DNA of 64,000 bases, from the NCBI RefSeq assembly GCF_044704955.1, contig NC_091985.1:215326001-215390000 (forward strand). Reading direction: 5' to 3'. The notes under the pieces were generated by a model. It worked only from the letters and a program-made list of their open reading frames with translations, was not told the origin of the DNA and ran no database searches. Positions 12,471 through 25,706 of the stretch are shown one piece after another. The translations under genes were made by a program, and so were the position numbers. Origin of the DNA: Pristiophorus japonicus. Its lineage: Eukaryota. Within the stretch, counting starts at the first letter, position 1; each line of letters opens with the position of its first letter.

Positions 12471-14220
12471 TCCCTTCAATTCCCTGTGCTTCTATTTTCC
12501 AATTAACTCACTTATGTGGTACTTTATCAAATGCCTTTAGAAAGTCCATATACACAACATCTACTGCACTACCTTCATCAACCTGAGACTCATAGAATCA
12601 TGGAAAATTACAGCATGGAAGGAGGCCATTTCAGCCCATCGTGTCCACGTCGGCTGACCAAGAGCTATCCATCTATCCAGCTCTTGGTCCGTTGCCTTGT
12701 AGGTTGCAGCACTTCAAGTGCACATCCAAGCAATTTTTAAAATTTGGTGAGGGTTCCTGCCTCTTCCACCCTTTCAGGCAGTGAGTTCCAGACCACCACC
12801 ACCCTCTGGGTGAAGACATTTCCCCTCATATCTCCTTTAAACCTTCCCCCAATTACTTTAAATCTATGCCTCCTGGTTGTTGCCCCATCTGCTGATGGAA
12901 ACAAGTCCTTCAAATCAATTTTATCTCGGTCCCTCATAATTTTATACATCTCAATTAGGTCTCCCCTCATCCTTCTGTGTTCCAAATAAAACAACCGCAG
13001 CTTATCCAATCTTCCTTTATAGCTAAAATTCTCCAGTCCATACAACATCCTCATAATTCTCCTCTATACCTTTTATAGTGTAATCACATCTTTCCTGTAA
13101 TGTGGTGACCAGAACTGCACGCAGTACTCCAGCCGTGGCCTAACCAGTGTTTTACACAGTGCTGGAAGGTGGGATTAGACTGGGTAGCTCTTTTTCGACC
13201 AACACGGACACAAGGGGCCAAATGACCTCCTTCTGTGTCGTAATTTTTTATGATTGTATGAGTAAGATTATGAAAGGGTTTGATAGGGTAGGTGTAGAGA
13301 AAATGCTTCTACTTGTGGGGGAGACCAGAGCTCGAGGCCATGAATTTCTGTAGTCCCTTTAACATAGTGAAACGTTGTAAGGCACTTCACAGGAGCATTG
13401 TGAGATAATAGAGCCGCATAAGTAGAAATTCGTGTAAATGACCAAAAGCTTGGTCAAAGAGGTAGGTTTTAAGGAGCATCTTGAAGGAGGAAAGAGAGGT
13501 AGAGAGAGGTGAAGAGGTTTAGGCAGGGAGTTCCAGAGCTTGGGGCCTAGGCAACAGAAGGCACGGCCACCAATAGTTGAGCGATTATAATCAGGGATGC
13601 TCAAGAGGGCAGAATTAGAGGAACAGATATCTCAGGGGGTTGTGAGGTTGATTGCAGAGATAGGGAGGGTCGAGGCCATGGAAGGATTTGAAAATAAGGA
13701 TGAGAATCTTGAAATCGAGGCATTGTTTAACCAAAAACCAATGTAGGTCAGCGAGCACAGGGGTGATGAGTGAACGGGACTTGGAGTTAGGAAAGGGGCA
13801 GCTGAATTTTGGATCATAGAAATTTACAGCATGGAAGGCCATTTTGACCCATTGCGTCCACGCCAGTCGACAACAGGAAACAGGTCCTTCATATCAACTT
13901 TATCTAGGCCCCTTATAATTTTATACACCTCAATCAGGTCTCCTATTAACCCTCTGTTACTTCATCAAAGAACTCAATAAGGTTAGTCAGACACAATTTG
14001 CCTTTAACAAATCCATATTGGCTGCCCCTTATTAATCCATGCTTCTCCAAGTGAGAATTAATTTTGTCCTTGACAAAGGTCTCGAGTCATTCACGCACCA
14101 CTTACGTTAGAGTGATTGGCCTGTAGTTACCAGATTTAGCCCTCTCCCTTTTTATAAACAGGGATGTAATATTTGTAATCCTCCAGTTCTCTGCCATCAC
14201 TCCCATACATCCACTTCCAT
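12471..14220. mobile_element. Nested mosaic of older CR1 fragments
   Basis: C-terminal ORF2 remnant 12737-13054 (-), several CR1 tails, and RT N-terminal remnants at 13960-14215. Confidence 0.7.
13358..13815 (-). mobile_element. L2-clade LINE 3' fragment
   Basis: ITPVLADLHWFLVKQCLDFKILIL and GGRAFCCLGPKLWNSLP, typical of the L2 ORF2 C-terminus. Confidence 0.8.
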
Positions 14221-14760
14221 CTTTCCTCCTTATGAGAATATGCTTGGTTTGTACCCGGTGTCAAATTTTGTTTAATAATGCTCCCGTGAAGCACGTTGGG
14301 ACGTTTAAGATACTGTATAAATACAAGTTGTTGTTGTCTGAACTGACAATACATTGCGCAGAAGTAAAATATAGTATTTTTAGTCCTAAATATTAAATAT
14401 TTTGTTCCACAGAAGCATGGGACGTGTATGTTTTTATTCATGAATTTAAAAAGTCTATATTAAAATCTGAGCCGGTGGGTTGTGAGCCCAAGAGCCTTGT
14501 GTCCAATAAGGACAATAAATGCCCCCAGCCTCCCCTGGCCCAGATGGTCGCCGGGGTGGCAGCTCCCGGGGGAGCTCCTCTGCTGAATAACTTTATCCCT
14601 TGCCGTCTGTTGCCATCCGACACCCTTTCTCCCCCAATCTCCCCGCTTTAAGCTCTCCCTGGCCCCAATAGGGGGCACATTTCTTACCGCTTAAGCACAA
14701 ATCCATGCTGCAAGGGCAGTTACCTGAGCACACTGCCCATCCCCCAAACATGCCTGTTCT

Positions 14761-15925
14761 TCACCTCCATCAGTGAGTGCGGGATCTCCACCTCCATCAG
14801 TGAGTGCGGGATCTCCACCTCCATCAGTGAGTGCGGGATCTCCACCTCCATCAGTGAGTGCAGGATCTCCACCTCCATCAGTGAGTGCAGGATCTCCACC
14901 TCCATCAGTGAGTGCGGGATCTCCACCTCCATCAGTGAGTGCGGGATCTCCACCTCCATCAGTGAGTGCGGGATCTCCACCTCCATCAGTGAGTGCGGGA
15001 TCTCCACCTCCATCAGTGAGTGCAGGATCTCCACCTCCATCAGTGAGTGCGGGATCTCCACCTCCATCAGTGAGTGCGGGATCTCCACCTCCATCAGTGA
15101 GTGCGGGATCTCCACCTCCATCAGTGAGTGCGGGATCTCCACCTCCATCAGTGAGTGCGGGATCTCCACCTCCATCAGTGAGTGCGGGATCTCCACCTCC
15201 ATCAGTGAGTGCGGGATCTCCACCTCCATCAGTGAGTGCAGGATCTCCACCTCCATCAGTGAGTGCAGGATCTCCACCTCCATCAGTGAGTGCGGGATCT
15301 CCACCTCCATCAGTGAGTGCGGGATCCCCACCTCCATCAGTGAGTGCGGGATCCCCACCTCCATCAGTGAGTGCAGGATCTCCACCTCCATCAGTGAGTG
15401 CAGGATCTCCACCTCCATCAGTGAGTGCGGGATCTCCACCTCCATCAGTGAGTGCGGGATCTCCACCTCCATCAGTGAGTGCGGGATCCCCACCTCCATC
15501 AGTGAGTGCGGGATCCCCACCTCCATCAGTGAGTGCGGGATCTCCACCTCCATCAGTGAGTGCGGGATCTCCACCTCCATCAGTGAGTGCAGGATCTCCA
15601 CCTCCATCAGTGAGTGCAGGATCTCCACCTCCATCAGTGAGTGCGGGATCTCCACCTCCATCAGTGAGTGCGGGATCTCCACCTCCATCAGTGAGTGCAG
15701 GATCTCCACCTCCATCAGTGAGTGCAGGATCCCCACCTCCATCAGTGAGTGCAGGATCCCCACCTCCATCAGTGAGTGCAGGATCCCCACCTCCATCAGT
15801 GAGTGCGGGATCACCACCTCCATCAGTGAGTGCAGGATCTCCACCTCCATCAGTGAGTGCGGGATCCCCACCTCCATCAGTGAGTGCGGGATCCCCACCT
15901 CCATCAGTGAGTGCAGGATCTCCAC
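14761..15925. repeat. 27-bp minisatellite CACCTCCATCAGTGAGTGCRGGATCYC, about 43 copies
   Basis: Directly visible near-perfect tandem array with two variable positions. Confidence 0.97.
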
Positions 15926-16760
15926 TCAAACCCATCTTTAACCCGCCGCACTTTCCCGCTGCCCAGCCCGTGCTCCCCCGCCAGTTGTGGCCGGCCCAGC
16001 GACTCCTCGCGGACACCATCAGCGTCCGGGGTGCTCCCGCCCAACTCACAGCGGACCACTGCACTGCTCCAGGCGGCCCCCGGGATCTCAGCGGCCGGCG
16101 GTGAGCCTTTGACCAACTGCCAAAGCTGCTTTGGGCCGAGCTCCCGCGCAAGGCCTTCCTCCGGCCGCATCCTGACCAACGGACGGCCCAACTCGCGCCC
16201 TGCGGCTCAGCCAATCAGCGGCGCAAGTCCCGCCCCTCGGGCTCCCCGATTGGCTGGAGGTCCCGCCGCCGGCTCGTCCTCCAGCCCCGACCTGCTCGCT
16301 CCCAATTGGACGAAAGCTCCTCCAGCCCCGCCCTACTCGCTTCCCCCATTGGTCGGAAGCTCCCGTCAATCAGGCTGTGGGAGCGGGTCACATTTCCCTT
16401 GAGCGCGCTCCGCCAAACTGACCAAGCACAGCGCGGGGCCCGGATGGACGGACTCAGGTTTGGATTTCCCTTTATTCGCTCCCTATCCCCCCTCCCTCCC
16501 CCCGCTCGATTCTCTACCCAATCCGAGCGGAGAAAACTCACTGCGCGTCACCGATCGCTGCTCTGTCACGGACACAAACGCCTTTCCCCGGAAGGCTCAG
16601 CGTCGAGTCCGTACCACAGCATCCAAGCAGCACCGAGTGGGGATGGGGCGGGTGGTGTTTTCTGGGCATGCGCGGTTATTACCGAGGGTGACCGAGAGGG
16701 GACGTTGTGGCGAACACGGTGCCGCGTGCGCATGCGCGGCTGCTGGTGAGACCTGTGACA
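15926..16760. promoter_or_regulatory. CpG-island promoter, possibly bidirectional
   Basis: Very GC/CpG-rich. Multiple CCAAT/ATTGG boxes (about 16211, 16249, 16303, 16348, 16519), CCGCCC GC boxes, and an NRF1-like GCGCATGCGC at about 16728. Confidence 0.7.
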
Positions 16761-16909
16761 TCATAGAGTCAGAGCCAGTGACATCTCAGAAGGAGGCCAT
16801 TCGACCCATCGTGTCATCGCAACAACGCTCTTCTCAATCTTCCTCGCTGCAACGCTTCAGCTCGCCTTTAACAAGCTCCATCAGTGAGTGCAGGATCTCC
16901 ACCTCCATC

Positions 16910-19900
16910 AAGCAATGTGTCCTTACACATTGCTTTCCCTCCCATCTTTATATCGTCAGCAAACTTGGCTATGTTACACTCGGTCCTTCCTCCAAGTCGT
17001 TAATATATTTTGTAAATAGTTGGGTTCCCAGCACTGATCCCTGCAGCATCCCACTGGTTACTGAATGCCAACCCGTGAATGAACCATTTATCCCTACTCT
17101 TTGTTTTATGTTCATTAGCCAATCCTCTATCCATGCTAATATATTACCCCTAACCCCGTGAACTTGTATCTTGTGCAGTAACCTTTTATGTGGCACCTTG
17201 TCAAATGCCTTCTGAAAGTCCAAATACACCACATCAACTGGTTCCCCTTTATGCACCCTGTTCATTACATCCTCAAAGAATTCTAGCAAATTTGTCAAAC
17301 ATGACTTCCCCTTCATATATCTATGCTAACTCTGCCTGACCGAATTTTGCTTTTCCAAAACTCCTGCTACTGCTTCTTTAATAATGGACTCCAACATCTT
17401 CCCAAGCATAGATGTGAGGCTAACTGGTCTATAGTTTCCCACTTTTTGTCTGCCTCCTTTTTTAAATAGGGGCGCTGCATTTTCAGTTTTCCAATCTGCT
17501 GGAACCTCCCCAGAATCCAGGGATGCAACCACTATCCCTGCCGCTGCTTCTTTTCAGACTCTAGGATGCAAGCCATCAGGTCCAGGGGATTTATCTGCCT
17601 TTAGTCCCATTATCTTACTGAGTACCACCTCCTTAGTGATTGAGATTGTGTTAAGTTTCTCCCCCCCCCCCCCCCCACATTAGTCCCTTGACTATCCACT
17701 GTTGGAATATTGTTAGTGTCCTCTACTGTACAAAATATTTGTTCAGAGTTTCTGCCATCTCCATGTTCCCCATTACTAATTCCCTGGTCTCATCCTCTAA
17801 GGGACAAACATTTACTCTAGCCATTCTTTTTTTTTTATATACCTATAGAAACTCTTGCTATCAGTTTTTATATTTTGTGCTAGTTTACTTTCATAGTCTA
17901 ACTTCCCTTTCTTAATCATTTTTTTAGTCATTCTTTGTTGGCATTAAACACTTCCCAATCTTCTGTCCTCCCACTAGTTTTGGCCATTTTGTATGCCCTT
18001 GTTTTTAATTGGATACTTTATTTCTTTAGTTAGCCACGGATGGCTATCTTTTCTCTTGCACCCGTTTCTCCTCACTGGAATATATTTTTCTTGAAAGTTG
18101 TGAAAATTCTCCTTAAATGTACGTCATCAACTGTCCTATGCGTTAATCTATTTTCCCAGTCCACTTTAGCCAACTCTGCCCTCATACCTTCATAGTCTCC
18201 TGTATTTAAGCTTAGTACGCTGGTTAGAGATCCAACTTTCTCACCCTCCATCTGAATTTGAAATTCAACCATGCTATGATCACTCATTCCAAGGGGATCC
18301 TTTACTAGGAGATTGTTTATTAATCCTGTCTCATTACAGGACCAGATCTAAAATAGCCTGCCCCCTGGTTGGTTCCGTTACATACTGCTCAAGGAACCTG
18401 TCCCTTATGCACTCCATGAACTCTTCCTCAAGGCTGCCCTCTCTATTTCCTGGTTTATGCTCCGACCAACAGAGTTGCTACTGTTAGGGGGCTTATAGAT
18501 TACGCCCACCAGTGATTTTTCCCTTTATTATTCCTTATCTCCACCCAAACTGTTTCAACATCCTGATCATTTGAGCTAATATCCTTTCTCACTGTTGTAG
18601 TGATTCCTTCCTTTATCAATAGAGCTACCCCACCTCCTCTTCCTTATGTCTGTCCTGCTTGATTGTCAAGTACCCCTGAATATTTAATTCCCAGTCCTGA
18701 TCACCTTGCAACCATGTCTCTGTAATGGCTTTCAGATCATATCCATTTATTTCAATTTGTGCCGTCAACTCATCTATTTTGTTACAAATGCTGCGTGGAT
18801 TTAGACAACGTGCCTTTAAATTTGTTTTTTTACCCTTTTTTCCTGCTTGTTTCCTCTCTCCTTCAAACTCACTTTCCAATTTTTGCTTTCTAATTCCAGC
18901 TTTACTCCCCTCCCTACTGAATCTATTTTCAGGTTCCCATCCCCCTGCCAAGCTAGTTTAAAACCTCCCCAATAACACTAGCAAACCTCCCCGCGAGGAT
19001 ATTGGTCCCGGCTCTGTTGAGGTGCAATCCATCCGGCTTGTACAGATCCTACCTCCCCCAGAAACGGTCCCAATGCCTCAGGAATCTAAAGCCCTCCCAC
19101 CTGCACCATCTCTCCAGCCACCTATTTATCTGCTCTATCTTCCTATTTCTGTTCTCACTAGCTCATGGTACTGGGATTAATCTGCAGATTACTACCTTTG
19201 AGGTCCTGCTTTTTAATCTCTCTCCTAGCTCCCTAAACTCTGCCTGCAGGACCTCATTCCTCTTTCTACCTATGTCATTGGTACTGGTATGACCACAACC
19301 TCTGGCTCTTCGCCCTCTCCCCCCAGAATGCCCTGCAGCCGCTCAAAGACATCCTTGACCCTGGCACCAGGGAGGCAACATACCATCCTGGAGTCACATT
19401 TGCAGCCACAGAAACGCCTGTCTGCTCCCTTGACTACCGAATCCCCTACCACTATAGCTCTTTCATTCTTCTTCCTCCCCCCACCCCCCCTGTGCAGTTG
19501 AACCACCTGTGGTGCCGTGGATTTAGCTCTGGCTGCACTCCCCAGAGCCACCATCGCCCTCACCGGTACTCAGAACAGAATACCGGTTGGAGAGCGAGAT
19601 GGACTCCTCAGGGGATTCCTGCCCTGCCTGCCTAGTCTTCCTCTTCTGTCCAGGGGTCACCCACTCCCTGTCTGCCTGCACACTCTTAAGCTGCGGGGTG
19701 ACCACCTCCTGAAATGTGCTATCCACGTTGCTCTCAATCACGCGGATGCACCAAGGTGATTCCAGCTGCCGCTCAAGCTCCAAAACAGAGCTCGAGTTGG
19801 TGCAGCTGGAGAAACCACCTGCACATGTGATCGTCCCGGCTGTGTGAAGCATCCAGGATTTCCCACATGCCACAAGATGTGCAATCCACGGGACTGAGCT

Positions 19901-20460
19901 GCCCTGCCATCCCTCTAGTTACACTCGCAACTATCAAGTAGAACTAAACTCTAAACCACACACCCAGCCACTACTCAGCAAACAGCCAATTTAATTAACT
20001 GGTTGTCCTTAGATAATAAAGATCACATATATTTAATCGCAGTTCCTAACCTACAACAATGCGAAAGGTTCCTTAAAGAAAAGAAAAAATACTCGCCAAT
20101 CCACCAGCCAATCACTTACTTGCTTGGCTGTGATGTCACACTTCGATTTTGATTTTTTTTACTTTCTGTCCCTGCTGCAGCTCCCCCGCCCGCTCAGGTC
20201 TCGCGATACTGGCCTCCTCCCGATCGGCCGCTGCTCCAAGCTGCTGCCGCCCTTTGTACTCCCCCGCCCGCTCAGGTCTCGCGATACTGGCCTCCTCCCG
20301 ATCGGCCGCTGCTCCAAGCTGCCGCTGCCCTTTGTACTCCCCCGCCCGCTCAAGTCTCGCGATGCTGGCCTCCTCCCGATTGGCCGCTGCTCCAAGCTGC
20401 CGCCGCCCTTTGTACTCCTGCGCCCGCTCAGGTCTCGCGTTGTTGGCCTCCTCCCGACAC
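16910..20460 (-). mobile_element. Degenerate CR1 of a second subfamily; 5' UTR and ORF1 present, 3' end missing
   Basis: ORF1 start MAGQLSPVDCTSCGMWE at about 19910, GDS motif, and APE and RT remnants ending just past the FADD region. Confidence 0.85.
20181..20456. repeat. 78-bp GC-rich tandem repeat, about 3.5 copies, at the CR1 5' end
   Basis: Units start at 20181, 20259, 20337 and 20415. Confidence 0.9.
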
Positions 20461-20632
20461 GCTCAATGACCCAGCCTCCACAGCTCTCTGGGGCAGAGAA
20501 TTCCACAGATTTACGACTCACTGAGAGAAGAAATTTCCTCTCATCTCAGTTCTAAATGGGCGACCCCTTATTCTGAAACTAAAGCCCCTCGTTCTGGATT
20601 CCCCCACGAGTGGAAACATCCTCTCTGCATCT

Positions 20633-21536
20633 ATGAGAGTCTGGGCCTTACATTAAACATCCATAAGACAAAGGTCTTCTACCAACCTGCCCCCGCCACA
20701 AACCACTGCTCCCCCGAAATTATCACGATCCACGACAAGACCTTGGACAATTTGGACCACTTTCGATACCTCGGGAGTCTACTGTCAGCAAGGCCAGACA
20801 TCAATGGTGAAGTCCTACACCACCTTCATTGTGCCAGTGCAGCCTTCGGTCGCCTGACGTAAAGAGTGTTCGAACAACAGGATCTCAAACTTGGCACCAA
20901 GCTCATGGTCTACAGAGCAGTAGTGATACCCGCCCTCCTATATGCTTCAGAGTCATGGACTATGTACAGTAGACACCTCAAGGCACTGGAGAAGTACCAC
21001 CAACGCTGCCTCTGCAAAATACTGCAAATCCATTGGCAGGATAGGCGCACCATCATCAGTGTTCTCAGGCCAATGTCCCGAACATCGAGGCATTGACCAT
21101 TGCTTGATCAGCTCCGATGGATGGGCCACATTGTCCGCATAACCGATACGAAACTCCCGAATCAAGCACTCTACGGCAAGTGAGTCCCAGGAAGAAAAAG
21201 AAAGTGATTCAAGGACACCCTCAAAGCCTCCTTGAAAAAATGTAACATCCCCACCGACTCTTGGGAATCTCAGGCCCAAGGACACGCAAAGTGGAGGAGA
21301 AGCATTCGAGAAGGCCTAAGCCTAACCCTTTGTCATGAGCACATGGAAGCCAAATACAAACAGTGGAAGGAGCGTGCGACAAACTAAGCACCCCACCCAC
21401 CCGTCCCTTCAACCAACACCTGCCCCACCTGCGGCAGAGACTGGAGATCCCACATAGGACTCATTAGTCACCTTAGAACTCGTATTGGTGTGGGGCAAGT
21501 CTTCCTCGACTCCGGGAGGCTGCCTAAGAAGAAGAA
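20633..21536 (+). mobile_element. RTE-clade LINE 3' part
   Basis: FRYLGS, ASAAFGRL, TKLMVYRAVVIPALLYASESWT, LRWMGH, a C-terminal CPTC...HL zinc-finger remnant, and an (AAG)n tail. Confidence 0.85.
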
Positions 21537-21579
21537 TTTCCAGCTCTTGGTCACTAGCCTTGTAGGTTACAGCACTTCA

Positions 21580-22028
21580 AAAGAAACAAAGACTTACATT
21601 TATATAGCACCTTTCACCAGATGTCTCAAAGCCCTTTACAGAGAATTAAGTACTTTTGGAGTTTAGTCACTGTTGTAATGTGGGAAACGCGGCAGCCAGT
21701 TTGCACACAGCAAGCTCCCACAAACAGCAATGTGATAATGACCAGATAATCTGTTTTTGTTATGTTGATTGAGGGATAAATATTTGCCAGGACATTGGGG
21801 ATAACTATTCAAGTAGTGCAATGGGATCTTTTACGTCCACTTGAAAGAGCAGACAGGACCTCAGTTTAACGTCTCATCTGAAAGACGGCACCTCCGACAG
21901 TGCAGCACTCCCTCAGCACTGCACTGGAGTGTCAGTCTAGATTTATGTGCTCAAGTCCCTGGAGTGGGACTTGAACCCACAACCTCTGACTCAGATGCAA
22001 GTGTGCTACCCAATAAGCCAAAGCTGAC
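21580..22028 (-). mobile_element. tRNA-derived Deu-domain SINE (SacSINE1/AmnSINE-like) with L2-type tail
   Basis: On the - strand: tRNA head with B box GGTTCAAGTCC and an L2-like 3' end (TGCTATATAAATGTAAGTCTTTG). On the + strand, a central AACGTCTCATCTGAAAGACGGCACCTCC block that I recall from Deu-SINEs. Confidence 0.75.
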
Positions 22029-22292
22029 CGCTCTTCGAAGGGAAATAGGTCCTCCCGATCCACTCTATCTAGGCCCTTCATAATTTTATACACCTTTAAA
22101 CCTTCTACCAATTACTTTAAAGCTATGCTCCCCAGTTATTGACCCCTGTGCTAAGGGAAATGAGTCCTTCCTATCCACTCTATCTAGGCCCCTCAAGTGC
22201 ATATCCAGGTACATTTAAATGCTATGAGGGTTTCTGCCTCTATCACCCTTTCAGACTCACTCCTCAAATCCCCTCTAAACCTTTGACTAATT

Positions 22293-24605
22293 ACATAGAA
22301 AATAGATGCAGGAGTAGGCCATTCGGCCCTTTGAGCCTGCACCACCATTCAATATAATCATGGCTGATCATGCAACTTCAGTACCCCATTCCTGCTTTCT
22401 CTCCATACCCCTTGATCCCTTTAGACGTAAGGGCCACATCTAACTCCCTTTAGAATATATCGAACGAACTGGCCTCAACAATTTTCTGTGGTAGAGAATT
22501 CCACAGGTTCGCAATTCTCTGAGTGAAGAAGTTTCTTCTCATCTCGGTCTAAATGGCTTACCCCTTATCCTTAGACTGTGACCCCTGGTTCTGTGCATCT
22601 CCAACATCGGGAACATTCTTCCTGCATCTAACCTGTCCAATCCCGTCAGAATTGTATATGTTTCTGTGAGATCCCATCTCATTCTTCTAAATTCCAGTGA
22701 ATATAAACCTAGTCGACCCAGCCTTTCTTCATATGTCAGCCCTGTCATCCCAGGAATCAGTGTGGTGAACCTTCGCTGCACTCCCTCAATAGCAAGAATG
22801 TCCTTCCTCAGATTAGGAGACCAAAACTGGACACAATATTCAAGGTGTGGCCTCACCAACATCCTGTACAACTGCAGTAAGACCTCCTGCTCCTATACTC
22901 AAATCCTCTCGCTATAAAGGCCAACATGCCATTTGCTTTCTTAACCGCCTGCTGTACCTGCATGCCAACATTCAATGACTGATGTACTATGACACCTAGG
23001 TCTCATTGCACCTCCCCTTTTCCTAATCTGTCACCATTCAGATAATATTCTGCCTTCCTGTTTTTGCCACCAAAGTGGATAACCTCACATTTATCTACAT
23101 TATACTGCATCTGCCATGCATTTGTCCACTCACCTAACCTGTCCAGGTTACCCTGCAGCCTCTTAGCATCCTCCTCACAGCTCACACTGCCACCTAGTTT
23201 AGTGTCATCTGCAAACTTGGAGATATTACACTCCATTCCTTCGTCTAAATCATTGATGTATATTGTAAGTAGCTGGGGTCCCAGCACTGAACCTTGCGGT
23301 ACCCCACTAGTCAGTGCCTGCCATTCTGAAAAGGACCCATTTACTCATACTCTTTGCTTCCTGTCTGCCAACCAGTTCTCAATCCACATCAGCACATTAC
23401 TCCCAATCCCATATGCTTTAACTTTGCACATTAATCTCTTGTGTGGGACCTTGTCGAAAGCCGTCTGAAAGTCCAAATACACATCAACTGGTTCTCCCTT
23501 GACCACTCTACTGGAAACATCCTCAAAAAATTCCAGCAGATTTGTCAAGCATGATTTCCCTTTCACAATTCCATGCTGACTTGGACCTATCATGTCACCT
23601 CTTTCCAAATGCGCTGCTATGACATCCTTAATAATTGATTCCATCATTTTACCCACTACCGATGTCAGGCTGACCGGTCTATAATTCCCTGTTCTCTCTC
23701 TCCCTCCTTTTTAAAAAAGTGGGGTTATATTGGCTACCCTCCACTCCATAGGAACTGATCCAGAGTCAATGAAATGTTGGAAAATGACTGTCAATGCATC
23801 CGCTATTTCCAAGGCCACCTTCTTAAGTACTCTGGGATGCAGTCCATCAGGCCCTGGGGATTTATCGGCCTTCAATCCCATCAATTTCCCCAACACAATT
23901 TCCCGACTAATAAAGATTTCCCTCAGTTCCTCCTTACTAGACCCTCTGACCCCTTTTATATCCGGAAAGTTGTTTGTGTCCTCTTTAGTGAATACCAAAC
24001 CAAAGTACTTGTTCAATTGGTCTGCCATTTCTTTGTTCCCCATTATAACTTCCCCTGATTCTGACTGCAGGGGACCTATGTTTGTCTTTACTAACCTTTT
24101 TCTCTTTACATATCTGTAGAAGCTTTTGCAGTCCGTCTTAATGTTCCTTGCAAGCTTCCTCTCGTACTCTATTTTCCCTGCCCTAATCAAACCCTTTGTC
24201 CTCCTCTGCTGAGTTCTAAATTTCTCCCAGTCCCCGGGTTCGCTGCTATTTCTGGCCAATTTGTATGCCACTTCCTTGGCTTTAATACTATCCCTGATTT
24301 CCCTTGATAGCCACGGTTGAGCCATCTTCCCTTTTTTATTTTTACTCCAGACAGGGATGTACAATTGTTGTAGTTCATCTATGCGGTCTCTAAATTTCTG
24401 CCATTGTCCATCCACTGTCAACCCCTTAAGTATCATTCGCCAATCTATCCTAGCCAATTCACGCCTCATACCTTCAAAGTTACCCTTCTTTCAGTTCTGG
24501 ACCATGGTTTCTGAATTAACTGTTTCATTCTCCATCCTAATGTAGAATTCCACCATATTATGGTCACTCTTCCCCAAGGGGCCTTGCACAACGAGATTAC
24601 TAATT
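22293..24605 (-). mobile_element. 5'-truncated CR1 LINE, frameshifted
   Basis: Consecutive ORF2 fragments 22539-24469 and a CR1 tail at 22293. Confidence 0.92.
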
Positions 24606-25571
24606 CATCTAGCAGCGTAATGTCGGCGAGTGGTGATTGATTGCCCTGGGAACCAACAGGAAGAGAGGTCAGAGGTCAGAGGCCGGAGGGCCCAGGGAGC
24701 AGCGTGTTCTGCAACCAATCGCGGTGCTTGAGGGGTGGATCCTGAGTCGGCCTGTCAGGTGAGTCAGTGAGAACCCCTGTTAAACAATTCATTTTTAAAA
24801 AGTTAAATCAAGATTTATTTTGTCAACCAAACAGTTTAACATTTGTCAGTATTTTGTTTTCCTGGAGTTCCTATTATAAGTTTCAGACACTTCATTGCCA
24901 TGTGGACCAAGTGTTTGAAGATCATTCAATTCCCTCTCTACATGTCACTGTTAGTTAAAGGGACAGAGATTGATTTCCTCTCATTGTACATCTGTCATCG
25001 TTAAAGTAACATCCTTCCTGTTAGTGAGTCACAGTCTGCACTGGGGGAGACGGCTGGTGGCTTCAGCTTTTAAAATTCTCATCCTCTTGTTCAAATCCCT
25101 CCAAGGCCTCGCCCCTCCCTATCTCTGTAACCTCCTCCAGCCCACCAACCCTCTTAATAAGGAGGAACCATTTTCAGTGTCAGAAGGGTCGGTAACCAGA
25201 GGGACAGATTTAAGGTGTTTGGCCAATGAACCAAATGCTACATGAGGGGACAAATTAAGCAGTGAGACGTTATGACCTGGAACGCACTGCCTGAAAGGGT
25301 GGTGGAAGCAGATTCACCAGTAACTTCTTTAGGTGACTCTTTGTGCTCATTGAGGTGATGGAGGTTAGTGCCGGGCAACAGGACATTTTATAAGAACAGA
25401 AGAATTAGGAGCAGGAGGAGGCCATACCACCCCTCGAGCCTGCTACGCCATTCAATAGGATCATAGCTTATCTTAAACTTTTTATCAGTCAGAGCATCTC
25501 ATGTCACCCTCTGGGATTCCTGGGGCAGGGACAGTCTAATTTACATACAGAATATAGCTCCATCGACACTT

Positions 25572-25706
25572 CCCTGAGAGTGTTTGATGGGACAGTGTAG
25601 CGTGAGCTTTACTCTGTATCTAACCCGTGCTGTACCTGCCCTGGGAGTGTTTGATGGGACACTATAGAGGGAGCTTTACTCTGTATCTAATCCGTGCTGT
25701 ACCTGA
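25572..25706. repeat. Two-copy tandem repeat of about 67 bp (GAGTGTTTGATGGGACAGTGTAG...GCTTTACTCTGTATCTAACCCGTGCTGTACCTG)
   Basis: Units at 25578 and 25645. Confidence 0.75.

Noticed and set aside
14761-15925. CRISPR-like array
   Set aside because: No unique spacers and a eukaryotic context; it is a plain minisatellite.
21955-22028. tRNA gene
   Set aside because: Degenerate SINE head with no complete cloverleaf.
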